In this document: in pieces, positions 11,364-20,700 of the stretch
Layout of the letters: each line of letters begins with the position of its first letter
Numbering within the stretch: position 1 is the stretch's first letter
From: Veleropilina oligotropha
Lineage: Eukaryota
Direction: 5' to 3'
Length of the DNA stretch: 64,000 nucleotides
Assembly: GCA_048128005.1 (NCBI GenBank)
Contig: JBEUKZ010000067.1
Span: 1 to 64,000, forward strand
Translations under genes and position numbers: made by a program
Notes under the pieces: model-generated
What the model saw: only the letters and a program-made list of their open reading frames with translations
What the model was told of the DNA's origin: nothing
Database searches by the model: none

Positions 11364-12616
11364 CGGCCATAAGAAGCAAGCCCCCAACAGATATAATCAC
11401 AGCCCACAGGTTCTCAGCAAGCCACAACGCTGTCTTGCCGACCAGGTTGATAAGCCAGGAAAGCAGGCTTCCAAGTATTCCTGGGAGTGCCACTGCCACC
11501 TTCCCCGCTAGTTTGCATAGAATCCGACCCAAGTTCTGCAGGTGCTTTTTTACCCACTCCTTCATGCCTTGACCACTGGAAGGTGGTGGTGGTGGTGAGA
11601 TGCTCGGCGCTCCGCCTGTTAGGGCTAGTACCAAAGTCGAGATGGCCATGCCAATCGCGGTCAGTATAGTCACGATCGTGACCCCCTGCTCGCGGAACAG
11701 GGTCCGGACGCGCTCGGCCAGCGTGGTGTCTGAGTGGAGAATCCGACTTATCATCTCTCGGATCCGGCTAATTTGCGAGCGAAGGGCATCCCGGCTGGAC
11801 GAGGCAGCCTCTAGGCGAGCTGCTCGTTCATCATTTAGGTTGCGCAGACGTTCCGCGATCCGTCGACGAACGAACTCCTCCACACCCCCTTCATCTGCCT
11901 GATCGAGCTTCCTCTTCTCCAGCTCTATGTGTTCGTCAAGCGCCGTTAGTTTGGCCAGGTTGTTGGTTAGCTCGCCTCGAATTGTCTGCATCGCCTTGTC
12001 GAGCCCGCGAAGCTCTCGCAGATTCAGTGGAGGGTCCCCCATCGTGCTCAAGATCTCATCCACCTCGGCGTCTGTGAAAGACGTCTCCATTCTGTGGATT
12101 GCAGATGACGCATCTGAGGCGGTTCACCCCAAGTCCCGCAGTTCTAGGGTGTCTACATTGGCGGCCGCACCGCTCAACTCATTGTCGGCTGTCTGAAGAG
12201 TGGTTGCAGCTCTTAAGGACAGCTTCTTCTGCCCCCCCCCCCCGCTTCCAGTCTACGAAACCCAACCCATCCCTGATTGCACTACCCCCACCACGCTGGC
12301 CAGCGATTGTTGCCAAAGCCTTGGGTTTACCGGTGCTAGAATTTATGAGATCGATGTGTGGATAGGCCTTCATCAGCAATCGCCCCCCCACGTAATCGAA
12401 CCGGAAATAATCACGCCCCATGGCGGGGGTTTGCCCCTCCTCTGACAGGGCGTTGTAGTAGTCATCAACAGCGGTTTGAACGAGCTCTTGCCGCATACCG
12501 CTGGTTCCTTCCTGTGGCGCCAGAGGCACAATCCAGTCCGTGGATTGTGCCGGCACTGCCACATCATCATCGACGATGATGTCGGGCTCGAACGCGGGAT
12601 TCTGAAATTCCACCAT
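11335..12616 (-). pseudogene. Viral long coiled-coil protein with C-terminal hydrophobic helices, disrupted
   Basis: MVEFQNPAF... (12616) joins ORF 11335-12090 through a frameshift in the C12 run (12232-12243) and a TGA near 12125. Heptad-rich middle followed by 2-3 hydrophobic segments. Confidence 0.75.
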
Positions 12617-12668
12617 GTTGAATACAACCGCCTGGGTACGCATCTAATACAGCCATAGCGACAACAAC

Positions 12669-13973
12669 ATGGCCAGCCTGTACGGACGCAAGCTTGATCC
12701 ATACCGCCGTCTGCGAGAGCCCCTTGGGGTCAAGGGTATTCGCCAGTCGGTCACCATCACCAACAACCCATCCACTATTGCCGCCAACCAACAGCTCTTG
12801 GTGCGGTTCCCCAATCTTGGGGCTCATGACGTGATCGTTCCAGGGACTGCCCACCTGGCATTTACCATCTCTCTGAACTCGTCGGACCCGAATAGGACCG
12901 TTGTTCAAAACCTTGGTCGTGCCGTGATCAAGAAGACCACGATAAAAATCAGCGGCAACGAGATTCTGTCTATCGACGACTCCGACGTCTATCAGTGCTA
13001 CTGCGATCTCTGGAAGACATCGCAGGAACGCCAGAACGCCCAATACCAGGGGATCGATACCAGCGAGTCCACCAATGTTACTAGACTGTGTGTTGGTGCG
13101 GCAGACGCCTTCAGGGTTTCTGAGGACGTGGCGATCTCGGTCGCCTATGGGAATCGATACCGCGTCCCCCTGGACTTTGAGATTTTGGAAAGCCACATGC
13201 CCTACTATCAGAGTGCGTTGGGGGACCGTCTTGAGTACGAGCTCACGTTCAACGACCACGCTCGGATTATCAAGGCCGCGGATGACTCCAGCGCCAGCTA
13301 TGTCATCGACAATATCAGCCTGGAATATGACATGGTCACCCAGGTAGACCTGGCCAGGCTGATTCGCAACCAATACCAGGGCCGCCTCGCCATCCTCTAC
13401 GACCGTGTCCTGCGGCATCGCAAGTTCACCAGAGACAAGAGCGACACGTTGTGGAACCTTAACCTGAATGTACCGGCGCGGTCGATGAAAGGTATCCTAC
13501 TGCCGTTTGAGGACCCCGCGAGAGACGCCGCGGCATTCGCGAGGGACACCGAGGCCTTCTATAATCCGAAGATCACAAAGGTCGAGGTCACCATAGAGGG
13601 GGTCCCGAATCAACTCTATAGCCAGGGCATGCGTTTGTACCAGGTGTGGGAGGAAGCCACGAAACTGTTCGCCTCCAACCCAATCAGCAAGCGGCATCCT
13701 GAGGTGGCGTTGGTTGCCAAGGAGTTGGCGCTGGCCGACGTCACCCTGGGAGCGTTCTTAACCAAGAAGTATGCCCTCTGGATAGACATGCGGGTAACCG
13801 ACGACGATCAGCTGCACGGGTCAGGCCGGAGGGTAGAGAACGCCAGCAAGGGTATCACCATCCAGATCACTAAGACGGGTGAAGCAGCCGGCCCGTTGAA
13901 CGTTTACCTGTACGTGATCATGGATGCCCGGCTGAATATCGAGAATGGACGATTCGTCGCTGCGCTGTACTAG
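12669..13973 (+). CDS. Major capsid protein (double jelly-roll, Polinton-like virus type), 434 aa, intact
   Basis: Size, beta-rich composition and the NLGRAVIKKTTIKISGNEILSIDD motif typical of DJR MCPs. Adjacent to the packaging ATPase. Confidence 0.85.
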   Translation: MASLYGRKLDPYRRLREPLGVKGIRQSVTITNNPSTIAANQQLLVRFPNLGAHDVIVPGTAHLAFTISLNSSDPNRTVVQNLGRAVIKKTTIKISGNEILSIDDSDVYQCYCDLWKTSQERQNAQYQGIDTSESTNVTRLCVGAADAFRVSEDVAISVAYGNRYRVPLDFEILESHMPYYQSALGDRLEYELTFNDHARIIKAADDSSASYVIDNISLEYDMVTQVDLARLIRNQYQGRLAILYDRVLRHRKFTRDKSDTLWNLNLNVPARSMKGILLPFEDPARDAAAFARDTEAFYNPKITKVEVTIEGVPNQLYSQGMRLYQVWEEATKLFASNPISKRHPEVALVAKELALADVTLGAFLTKKYALWIDMRVTDDDQLHGSGRRVENASKGITIQITKTGEAAGPLNVYLYVIMDARLNIENGRFVAALY

Positions 13974-14574
13974 GTTCCCACACACCAAGGACCCCCACTC
14001 CGCAATTATCTGCGGCCAGACTGGCTGTGGGAAGACTGTTTTCATGTTTGAACTGCTGAAAGGAGAGTATCGGGGCGTGTACCAACACATCGTAATCCTC
14101 TGCCCGATGATCAAGTACAACCAGGCATACCAGTCCTGTCCGTGGATCTGGACCGACCCGGAGGTGTATATAATCCCCCCCGGTGAGCGACTTCACGATT
14201 GGTTGCGGGGGTTCTACCGGCTGTTCCAGGGGGAATCCACCCTGTACATAATCGACGACTGCGCCACCAGCAAGGCCCTTGCCAAGATAAGGGACATGCT
14301 GACTGAGCTGGCCTTTAGCGGGAGGCATGCCGAGCAGAGCGTATGGGTGGTGACGCAAAAATACAACTCGGTCTTGAAGGAACTCAGAGAGCAGACCCGC
14401 TGGGGCGCGCTGTTTCACTGCAAGGACCGCGATAGCTTTGAAGACTGTCTTCGCGAAAATGACGTAATCGGGTCGCAGGATGAGAGAAAAGAGGTGCGCC
14501 GGCTGTTGGCCGAGACCCGACACGCAAAACTTCTGTTGAAAACTGACCAGCCCGTTGCTTATAGTGTGCTTTAG
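13945..14574 (+). CDS. A32-like (FtsK/HerA superfamily) genome packaging ATPase, intact
   Basis: Walker A GQTGCGKT, Walker B YIIDD, and the A32-type FSGRH and VVTQ motifs. Confidence 0.92.
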   Translation: MDDSSLRCTRFPHTKDPHSAIICGQTGCGKTVFMFELLKGEYRGVYQHIVILCPMIKYNQAYQSCPWIWTDPEVYIIPPGERLHDWLRGFYRLFQGESTLYIIDDCATSKALAKIRDMLTELAFSGRHAEQSVWVVTQKYNSVLKELREQTRWGALFHCKDRDSFEDCLRENDVIGSQDERKEVRRLLAETRHAKLLLKTDQPVAYSVL

Positions 14575-14617
14575 CATCTACCAGGCATCTACCAGGCACC
14601 TACCCAGCATCTACTGA
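14574..14617 (+). repeat. Four tandem 11-bp units GCATCTACCAG (degenerate) in viral intergenic gap
   Basis: Directly visible. Confidence 0.85.
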
Positions 14618-14625
14618 GCAAGCGC

Positions 14626-14772
14626 ATGTCGGACGCTGTATACATTGCTTTTGCTTGCAGCCAGAGCCTTGTGTTGCTGCTACATGTAGCATTGTGGTTC
14701 TGGCTGTATGGTTATATTAGACCGGCGAGGCGATGTTGGAAACGCTTCAGGATGGACAGCCTGATCGACTAA
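14626..14772 (+). CDS. Small single-pass membrane protein (48 aa), below ORF-track cutoff
   Basis: MSDAVYIAFACSQSLVLLLHVALWFWLYGYIRPARRCWKRFRMDSLID*. It fills the gap and ends 3 nt before the next ATG. Confidence 0.65.
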   Translation: MSDAVYIAFACSQSLVLLLHVALWFWLYGYIRPARRCWKRFRMDSLID

Positions 14773-14775
14773 CTC

Positions 14776-15399
14776 ATGGACGACGAACAAGAAACGACCG
14801 TCACCGGCCACCGCTTGACTCCCGATGGCTGCTTGCAGCACCAGGAACCTGTCAGTAACTCTGTAGGCACGGCAAAGAAGCGGGAGAGGCTTGCAGCACT
14901 AGCCGTTGGAGGACAGGCCCACAAATACTTGGGGCGCAACCTCACGGTTTACCGGATCGACGATATGACCGATGAAGAGATCGATAAACACCACGCAAGG
15001 TACGAAGCGCAGCTCGGTGCCGAGATGACGAAAACCCTGGGAACTGCCGCCATACACCTTTATGCGGGGGCGGCTGGGATGTTCTTGCCGATTCCACCAG
15101 CAAACCAACTACGACTGGTCTCCGACCTGGAGGCCGACCCTTTCATCTCACATGCGCTGAGCACCGCAAGCTGTGAGCTGTACCACCAGTACGGCATGTA
15201 TCTAGCACCGCTGACCGCAGTGCTGGCCACGGCTAAGCACTGCCGATTTGGACACGTCTGCCCTCCCAAGATATCGCGAGAGCGAGAGCGAGATCAAGAT
15301 GACAACGCCGGAAATGGACCAAATTTCGGCGAGCCAGCCGATAGAGAGGGTGACCCAGCCGATAGAGAGGGTGACTTCTTCCTCGGGGAAGGACCCTAA
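14776..15399 (+). CDS. Viral hypothetical protein (207 aa)
   Basis: Intact ORF in the co-oriented structural cluster; helical composition. Confidence 0.75.
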   Translation: MDDEQETTVTGHRLTPDGCLQHQEPVSNSVGTAKKRERLAALAVGGQAHKYLGRNLTVYRIDDMTDEEIDKHHARYEAQLGAEMTKTLGTAAIHLYAGAAGMFLPIPPANQLRLVSDLEADPFISHALSTASCELYHQYGMYLAPLTAVLATAKHCRFGHVCPPKISRERERDQDDNAGNGPNFGEPADREGDPADREGDFFLGEGP

Positions 15400-15820
15400 A
15401 AAGGTGGCTGCAGGGAGGGCCGGTGCTGCTGCGCGGAAAGCCAAACAGGAGAGGCTACTTGCCGAGGTTAGAAAGATTAAGGAAGACATGAGTGCCCGAC
15501 AAAATGTCAGCACCGTTCCTTCAGACCTACCGGAGGCACAGCCACACAGTGGTAATACCCCGGCCGAGGTGACCGCGGCCGAAAACGACTTTCGCGCCGG
15601 GGGGGGGCGCAGTGTCACATGCCCGGAAATCGGACCAATTTAATTGGACCCATGGACTCTTCGCTGCGGGCGGGGTGGCGTTGTTATTTCTTGTCTGGAA
15701 ACGCAGCAATGGTCCATCCACACCACATCAACAGCCATCAGCACCGGCGAGGCAGCCCAGGGCTCCCGCCCCCCCACCACCGAATTGGAGACTAGGCCCA
15801 ACCCTTTTCATATGCGATAG
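15299..15820 (+). pseudogene. Viral basic/coiled-coil protein with TM segment, frameshifted in homopolymers
   Basis: MTTPEM..KDPKKVAAGRAGAAARKAK. A shift at the G9 run (15599-15607) leads to WTHGLFAAGGVALLFLVWK, and a probable shift at the C7 run (15769-15775) leads to ..PNPFHMR*. Confidence 0.6.
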
Positions 15821-15832
15821 TGGCAGTACACC

Positions 15833-16072
15833 ATGACTACCCCCATTACTGACGGTAAGATGCTCGGCAACGCCGTCTACCATTCGGCCATCGTGTCAGG
15901 CCTTGCCATTGGCTACTCACGCCTGGTAAAGATGGCCTTCAAGGGGGTAAGCCCCAAGCTGGACTTTACCGGTTACGACGTTGGGATGGTGGTTCTCGAC
16001 GTAGCGCTCGCCATGGCGACGAAAGATATGTTGATCAAGCAGGGTATCATTCCCGCCGACGTATTGAAGTAG
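15833..16072 (+). CDS. Small hydrophobic viral protein (79 aa)
   Basis: Intact ORF with good Kozak context and two hydrophobic/amphipathic helices. Confidence 0.75.
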   Translation: MTTPITDGKMLGNAVYHSAIVSGLAIGYSRLVKMAFKGVSPKLDFTGYDVGMVVLDVALAMATKDMLIKQGIIPADVLK

Positions 16073-16092
16073 TGGTGTACCACTGCATGACC

Positions 16093-16524
16093 ATGGCTTC
16101 CATTGCGATGCTGGTTGGGGGCGCTCTCGTCAATGCCCTCGCCTTCAGCGGGTCAAACTTCCTGTTCTCGAAGCTACGCAGCTCCGGTGTTGATGAGGAG
16201 CGTAAACGCCACGACAAAGCCGTAGAGCAGCTCCAGGCCGCTCAGACTAAATGGTCCCAAAAGAGGGCAGAGCGTCTCGATTGGCTCAACGTCGAACTCC
16301 GCCGCCAGGGTCATGCCGTTGGCACATTCCGGGATGTTGATGCCGTGATCCGTGAGTATGCATTGATCACCGGCAAGAACCTTGACCCCGCCCTGGGGGG
16401 TGGCCCTGAGCCCGCCCTGTCCGACTACTACATGCCGAGCGACGACCAGAAAAAGCGAGAGATCACCTTCGTCGTCCTGGGGATGGCTGCGACCGGGTTG
16501 GTAGCCTACAAGCTCCTACCCTAA
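16093..16524 (+). CDS. Viral protein with N- and C-terminal hydrophobic segments and central coiled coil
   Basis: MASIAMLVGGALVNALAFSGSNFLF..ERKRHDKAVEQLQ..ITFVVLGMAATGLVAYKLLP; ACCATGG start. Confidence 0.8.
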   Translation: MASIAMLVGGALVNALAFSGSNFLFSKLRSSGVDEERKRHDKAVEQLQAAQTKWSQKRAERLDWLNVELRRQGHAVGTFRDVDAVIREYALITGKNLDPALGGGPEPALSDYYMPSDDQKKREITFVVLGMAATGLVAYKLLP

Positions 16525-16558
16525 ATTCCAGTGGACATTTTTTTCGTGGGCATGTATA

Positions 16559-16840
16559 ATGGGGCTCACAGAAGAGCTGTACTCCGCTATGCAGGAGGTG
16601 GGCCTTGCCGCCCAAAGGCACAAAATCCCCGGACTCGAAATGTCACTCGACTGCTGGCGGCGCAACGAAAAGACTATGGTGCGGTTCGCGGTCATGGTGC
16701 TCTCGGGCCCGACCAACATACGGGCGACGACTGGGCAGCTTCCGGGGCCGGTCGCTGAAGCCTGTTGGAGACTGATCATGTTGCTGGAATACCTCGCAAG
16801 CCTCGATGGCATCGAAGAGACAGCAGCCCCTGACGGCTAA
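16559..16840 (+). CDS. Viral hypothetical protein (93 aa)
   Basis: Fills the gap before the integrase and overlaps its start. Confidence 0.5.
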   Translation: MGLTEELYSAMQEVGLAAQRHKIPGLEMSLDCWRRNEKTMVRFAVMVLSGPTNIRATTGQLPGPVAEACWRLIMLLEYLASLDGIEETAAPDG

Positions 16841-17777
16841 AGAGCTCGACGAAACCCGCCGCAAGTACTACTACGCAGATGGGGGGTTCCAGGGCGTCTC
16901 AGCTCTGCACTCAAGGCTTCCAAAAGGCGCAGCCTCAATAAAAAGAATCCGGGCGTGGATCTCGACACAGGAGGTTGGTCGGTACATGCAGACGAAACCC
17001 CCTAGAGAGGTATTTGCCCGTTTCACAGAGGACAGGCCCGGTGTGATCCATCAGGCCGATCTTCTCTATCTCCCACATGACAAGGTCGGCCGTAAAACGT
17101 ACAAGTATGCGTTGACCTTGGTCGACGGGGCCTCTCGCTACAAGGCTGCCAGACCACTAACCTCGAAATCGGCGAGCGAAGTAGCTAAGGCGTTTGCTGA
17201 CATCTATAAGACCAGCCCCCACTTAACTTGGGCAAAAACGCTGATGGTGGATGACGGGAACAAATTCAAGGGGGAAGCATCCACCCTTCTAAGGAAGCAC
17301 GGGGTCGATATAAGACGCGCTTCGCCGGGTCATCACCGATCGCAGGCATTTGTGGAGTCATTCAACCGCCGGCTAGCTGAATGACTCTTCAGGAAGCAAG
17401 CGCATGAAGAGCTGAGCAGCGGCCGGGACAACCGCCAGTGGGTGTCCGTTCTCGACGCAGTAGTAGCAGACATGAATGCGACGCCAACACGACTGACTGG
17501 TCTTCCTCCAGTGAAGGCAGCAAGGATGTCGCAGGTTCCGCTAGTGGTGTCCAAACCACCCCCACCCGAAACGGTGTTACCGATTGGCATGATGGTTTAC
17601 CTCACCACAAACGAAGAAGACCCGAAAGATACCGGGCGCCGTCGCGCAACGGATCCATGGTGGACACATAAGCCCTACCAGATTCGCCGTCGCGTATCGG
17701 AACCCCACCAACTCGCGCTCTACTACACGGCATTCTCAAAGCATGGGTTCACAAGGTCGCAGCTGAGACCTGCCTAG
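16806..17777 (+). pseudogene. Retroviral-type (rve) DDE integrase with one in-frame TGA
   Basis: HQADL (D), MVDDGNKF (D), VESFNRRL (E). The frame continues past TGA 17382-17384 to a C-terminal RRRATDPWW..Y region. Confidence 0.92.
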
Positions 17778-20700
17778 TGCTTGTGTCGACGCTTACAGGA
17801 CAATAATGTCAACCGGACGTTCCACTTGTAGTGACCCTGACTGTCATCCAGGCGGTCGATGCTGAACGTCTGCCCGTGGCATTTGGTGTAGCCCTGAAGA
17901 AGGAGAGCACTATGACAGACCACGCACCTCTTTTCTGCAGCATCAATCATGTCGAGCACGTGGTTGACGGTGAGGGTATGGCTTGCTCCCGTGTATTGGG
18001 GCCGTTTCTTTTGACGATCCTCAACCATGTAGCGCTTGAGCCTTGCGGCGATGAGCTCTCGCGAAGGTGTGGCCTGCTTTGCGGGCCCGGCTCACTGCTG
18101 TGTATACGGCGTTGCTCACCCAGCCACTCAGACCGTGGTCGACGATGTATAGGCGCCTGGGTGGTTGAATGGTCTTCCCTTGCACCCTATGCACCGTCCC
18201 CCACCCCGCATATTTCCACTCAAGCGGTAGCCCGTTCTCGACTAGTTCAAGGGGGACTTTGACGATGGTCCCTCGATAGGCCGGCACGGTTTCTCGACTA
18301 CCCGGTATCTCTATAGGCCGACCCTGCTTGCGGTACCGGTACGAGATGCTATCGTCTGGGTCGAATCGAATATTAGCAGGAAGCCTGGGGTGTGTCCTTC
18401 GGTGCTGCCGGAGCAGCTGGGTCTGGACATGCGCGCCTAGAGCGTTCGTGGAGCAGATCCAGATGTCATCGGGCGTGGTGCGATCTACAGCTTCTACGAA
18501 CGGCGTTGCGGCCAACTTATCTCTGAAGACGTGGAGCTGCTGCTGGTCGTTAGCGCACCACATCCGCGCATTGACGTCGTGCAAAGCCGACGTTGGCCCA
18601 TGGTGACAGCGACAGCAGGACCACGGCTCGCCACACGCCTCACACAGGCACCTATAGTCGGTGTCAAACCACCGCAGGTTCTGGGGGCCCCCCGAGGCCC
18701 AGTCTGATAACATGTGGTGAGGGCCTTCTTTATCGCCCCATGGCGGGATCTGCCCCATATCCCCGACGCAGATGATTTGACACGTCCGGCGGGCGAGATA
18801 ATCAAGGGGACCTTGCAACACTCGTCAATGACGATAACCTCGGCTAGGTTATCGAGTCGGTGTCCCAGGGCAGCCGGGTCCCAATCATCGATCGGCTTGC
18901 CGATGGGTAGACATAGGTAGTGGTGGATCGTCTGGACCTGTGCATGCTGGAGACCCAGTCTCGGGTTGTTGCGGTGTTCTTGGGCGAGGTCGTTCTCGGG
19001 GGTGAGCACGACCAGCTTCTGACCACGAAACGTCTGAACCGCCCACTCGGTTTTTCCACTGCCACCTTGACCTGCGAGGTATAACCGTCGCGAGGTGGCC
19101 GCGCTGATATCGGAAGGGAACGGAGGGGGGGCGTTCCCCCCATGGGGCAAGTCGAGACGACCAACATGCTCTATCGTCCAAGCAGCAGCCTCTGGGCGCC
19201 ACTCGTAACCCGGGGATTTATGTCGCCATTGCCCATACCTAGGCTGGTCTGGGACCAGCAGATGTTCGACCGGTTCGGGTAGGCTCTTGACGTATATGGC
19301 GTCGGTGCAGACACGAAGGACATCCTCTTGTGGGAATCTTCGTAGCATGCGGCGGAGGGCGATATTCGTATATGCGAGTACGAAGGCTCGGATATGAAAC
19401 CACTGCGTCCTGGTCTTGCCGTCCTTGTACTGAATGAGGTGGACATTGTCGGCCTTCTCGAAGTTCAAGAGACGGTCAGTGCCGCCGAGAACATTGGCCA
19501 AGTAGGCGGCCTCGTTTGGATCGCGGACTAGGATGCTCGACTCATCACCATGGCGAGCACACTTGCCAACGAAGCGCACGGCCAGGTCCCTAGCGGGGAA
19601 CATGATAGCGGCCTTCGTGCCCACGCTGTATACCACCTCGCGCGCGCTGACCTCCACCAGATCACCAGAGTCAATCAAGTCTGCAAGCTCGGGGGTAGTG
19701 ATCCAGCCCTGCTTCTCCCGTAGGTGCTCGCCTACGCGACCTACAGTATAGGGGTGCGTCTCTGGGCTGAATTGCCACGTAGTGAGCTGCACCGCTCCTG
19801 TCAGGGCGAGGATATCTCTTATGGACACACCCTCGACGTTCGCTCGACGCATCATACTCGTCGGGAACCCATACTGGCGCACCAGATCTATGGCCTCTCC
19901 GACCCCGCCACAGAGGGAGTCTTCGCAGCCAAGGTATGCTGCGCGCATGTCGAGATGATGATGAACACTGGTGCCTGCGGCTTCGTCGTCAGAATTCCAG
20001 ACCTTGGCCTCAACCTGAGCCGTTCTCCAGGTGTCCCGGTGGCGTTGGCTTGATCTCCTCGCGGGCCAACCACTTTTGGAACCGGTAAGACGTGGCGCCA
20101 CCCATGGAGTGGGAAGCTCGGTGGTATTCCTCTGCAAGCTTCTCAAGCTCTTCGGGAATATCGGAAGGATGCCAGTGCGTCTCGTCCTCGAAAGCGCGGT
20201 CAATAGCCATACCCTCGGCCCACGACCTCCACAGGGAACCATCGAAACCCACGAGAGCCTGTCAACATAACCACACCCGGACCGTCGATGGGATGGCCCT
20301 GGAGGCAAATGAGATCAGAACCTCTCTGGTATTTTAGTCCATGGTCTTCTGGGCCGCAGTGGTCTTTGGGGCCGCAGTGGTCTTCTGGGCCGCAGACGCA
20401 AGGGCCTGTTCTGCGATGTCGTCGAGACTGTAAACCTGTAAGATCTTGGGCGGATCGGTCGGGATGCTTGCCCATGCGTGGTTGTTATGGCACGGCACCT
20501 TTATCGTGGGACGGCCCTTGTATTTACCGCTGTCCCATAGTGTTGCCTAACGCGTCGATGGCAACAAGCTTGACGTTGAGAGCCGCTTCAATGGAGAACA
20601 TATCCTCGCGTGTGCAGCCCTGTTCTGCAAGCTTTCGGTCGAACTTCTCAAGAAGTAGTCTGCGGCTCCGTGTTAACCCATCGCCGGCTTTCGTCATTCC

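Noticed and set aside
12567..14577. Long antisense ORFs (12567-13418, 13918-14577, also 8507-9058 and 10252-10875)
   Set aside because: Shadows of GC-rich real genes on the opposite strand, with no recognisable motifs.
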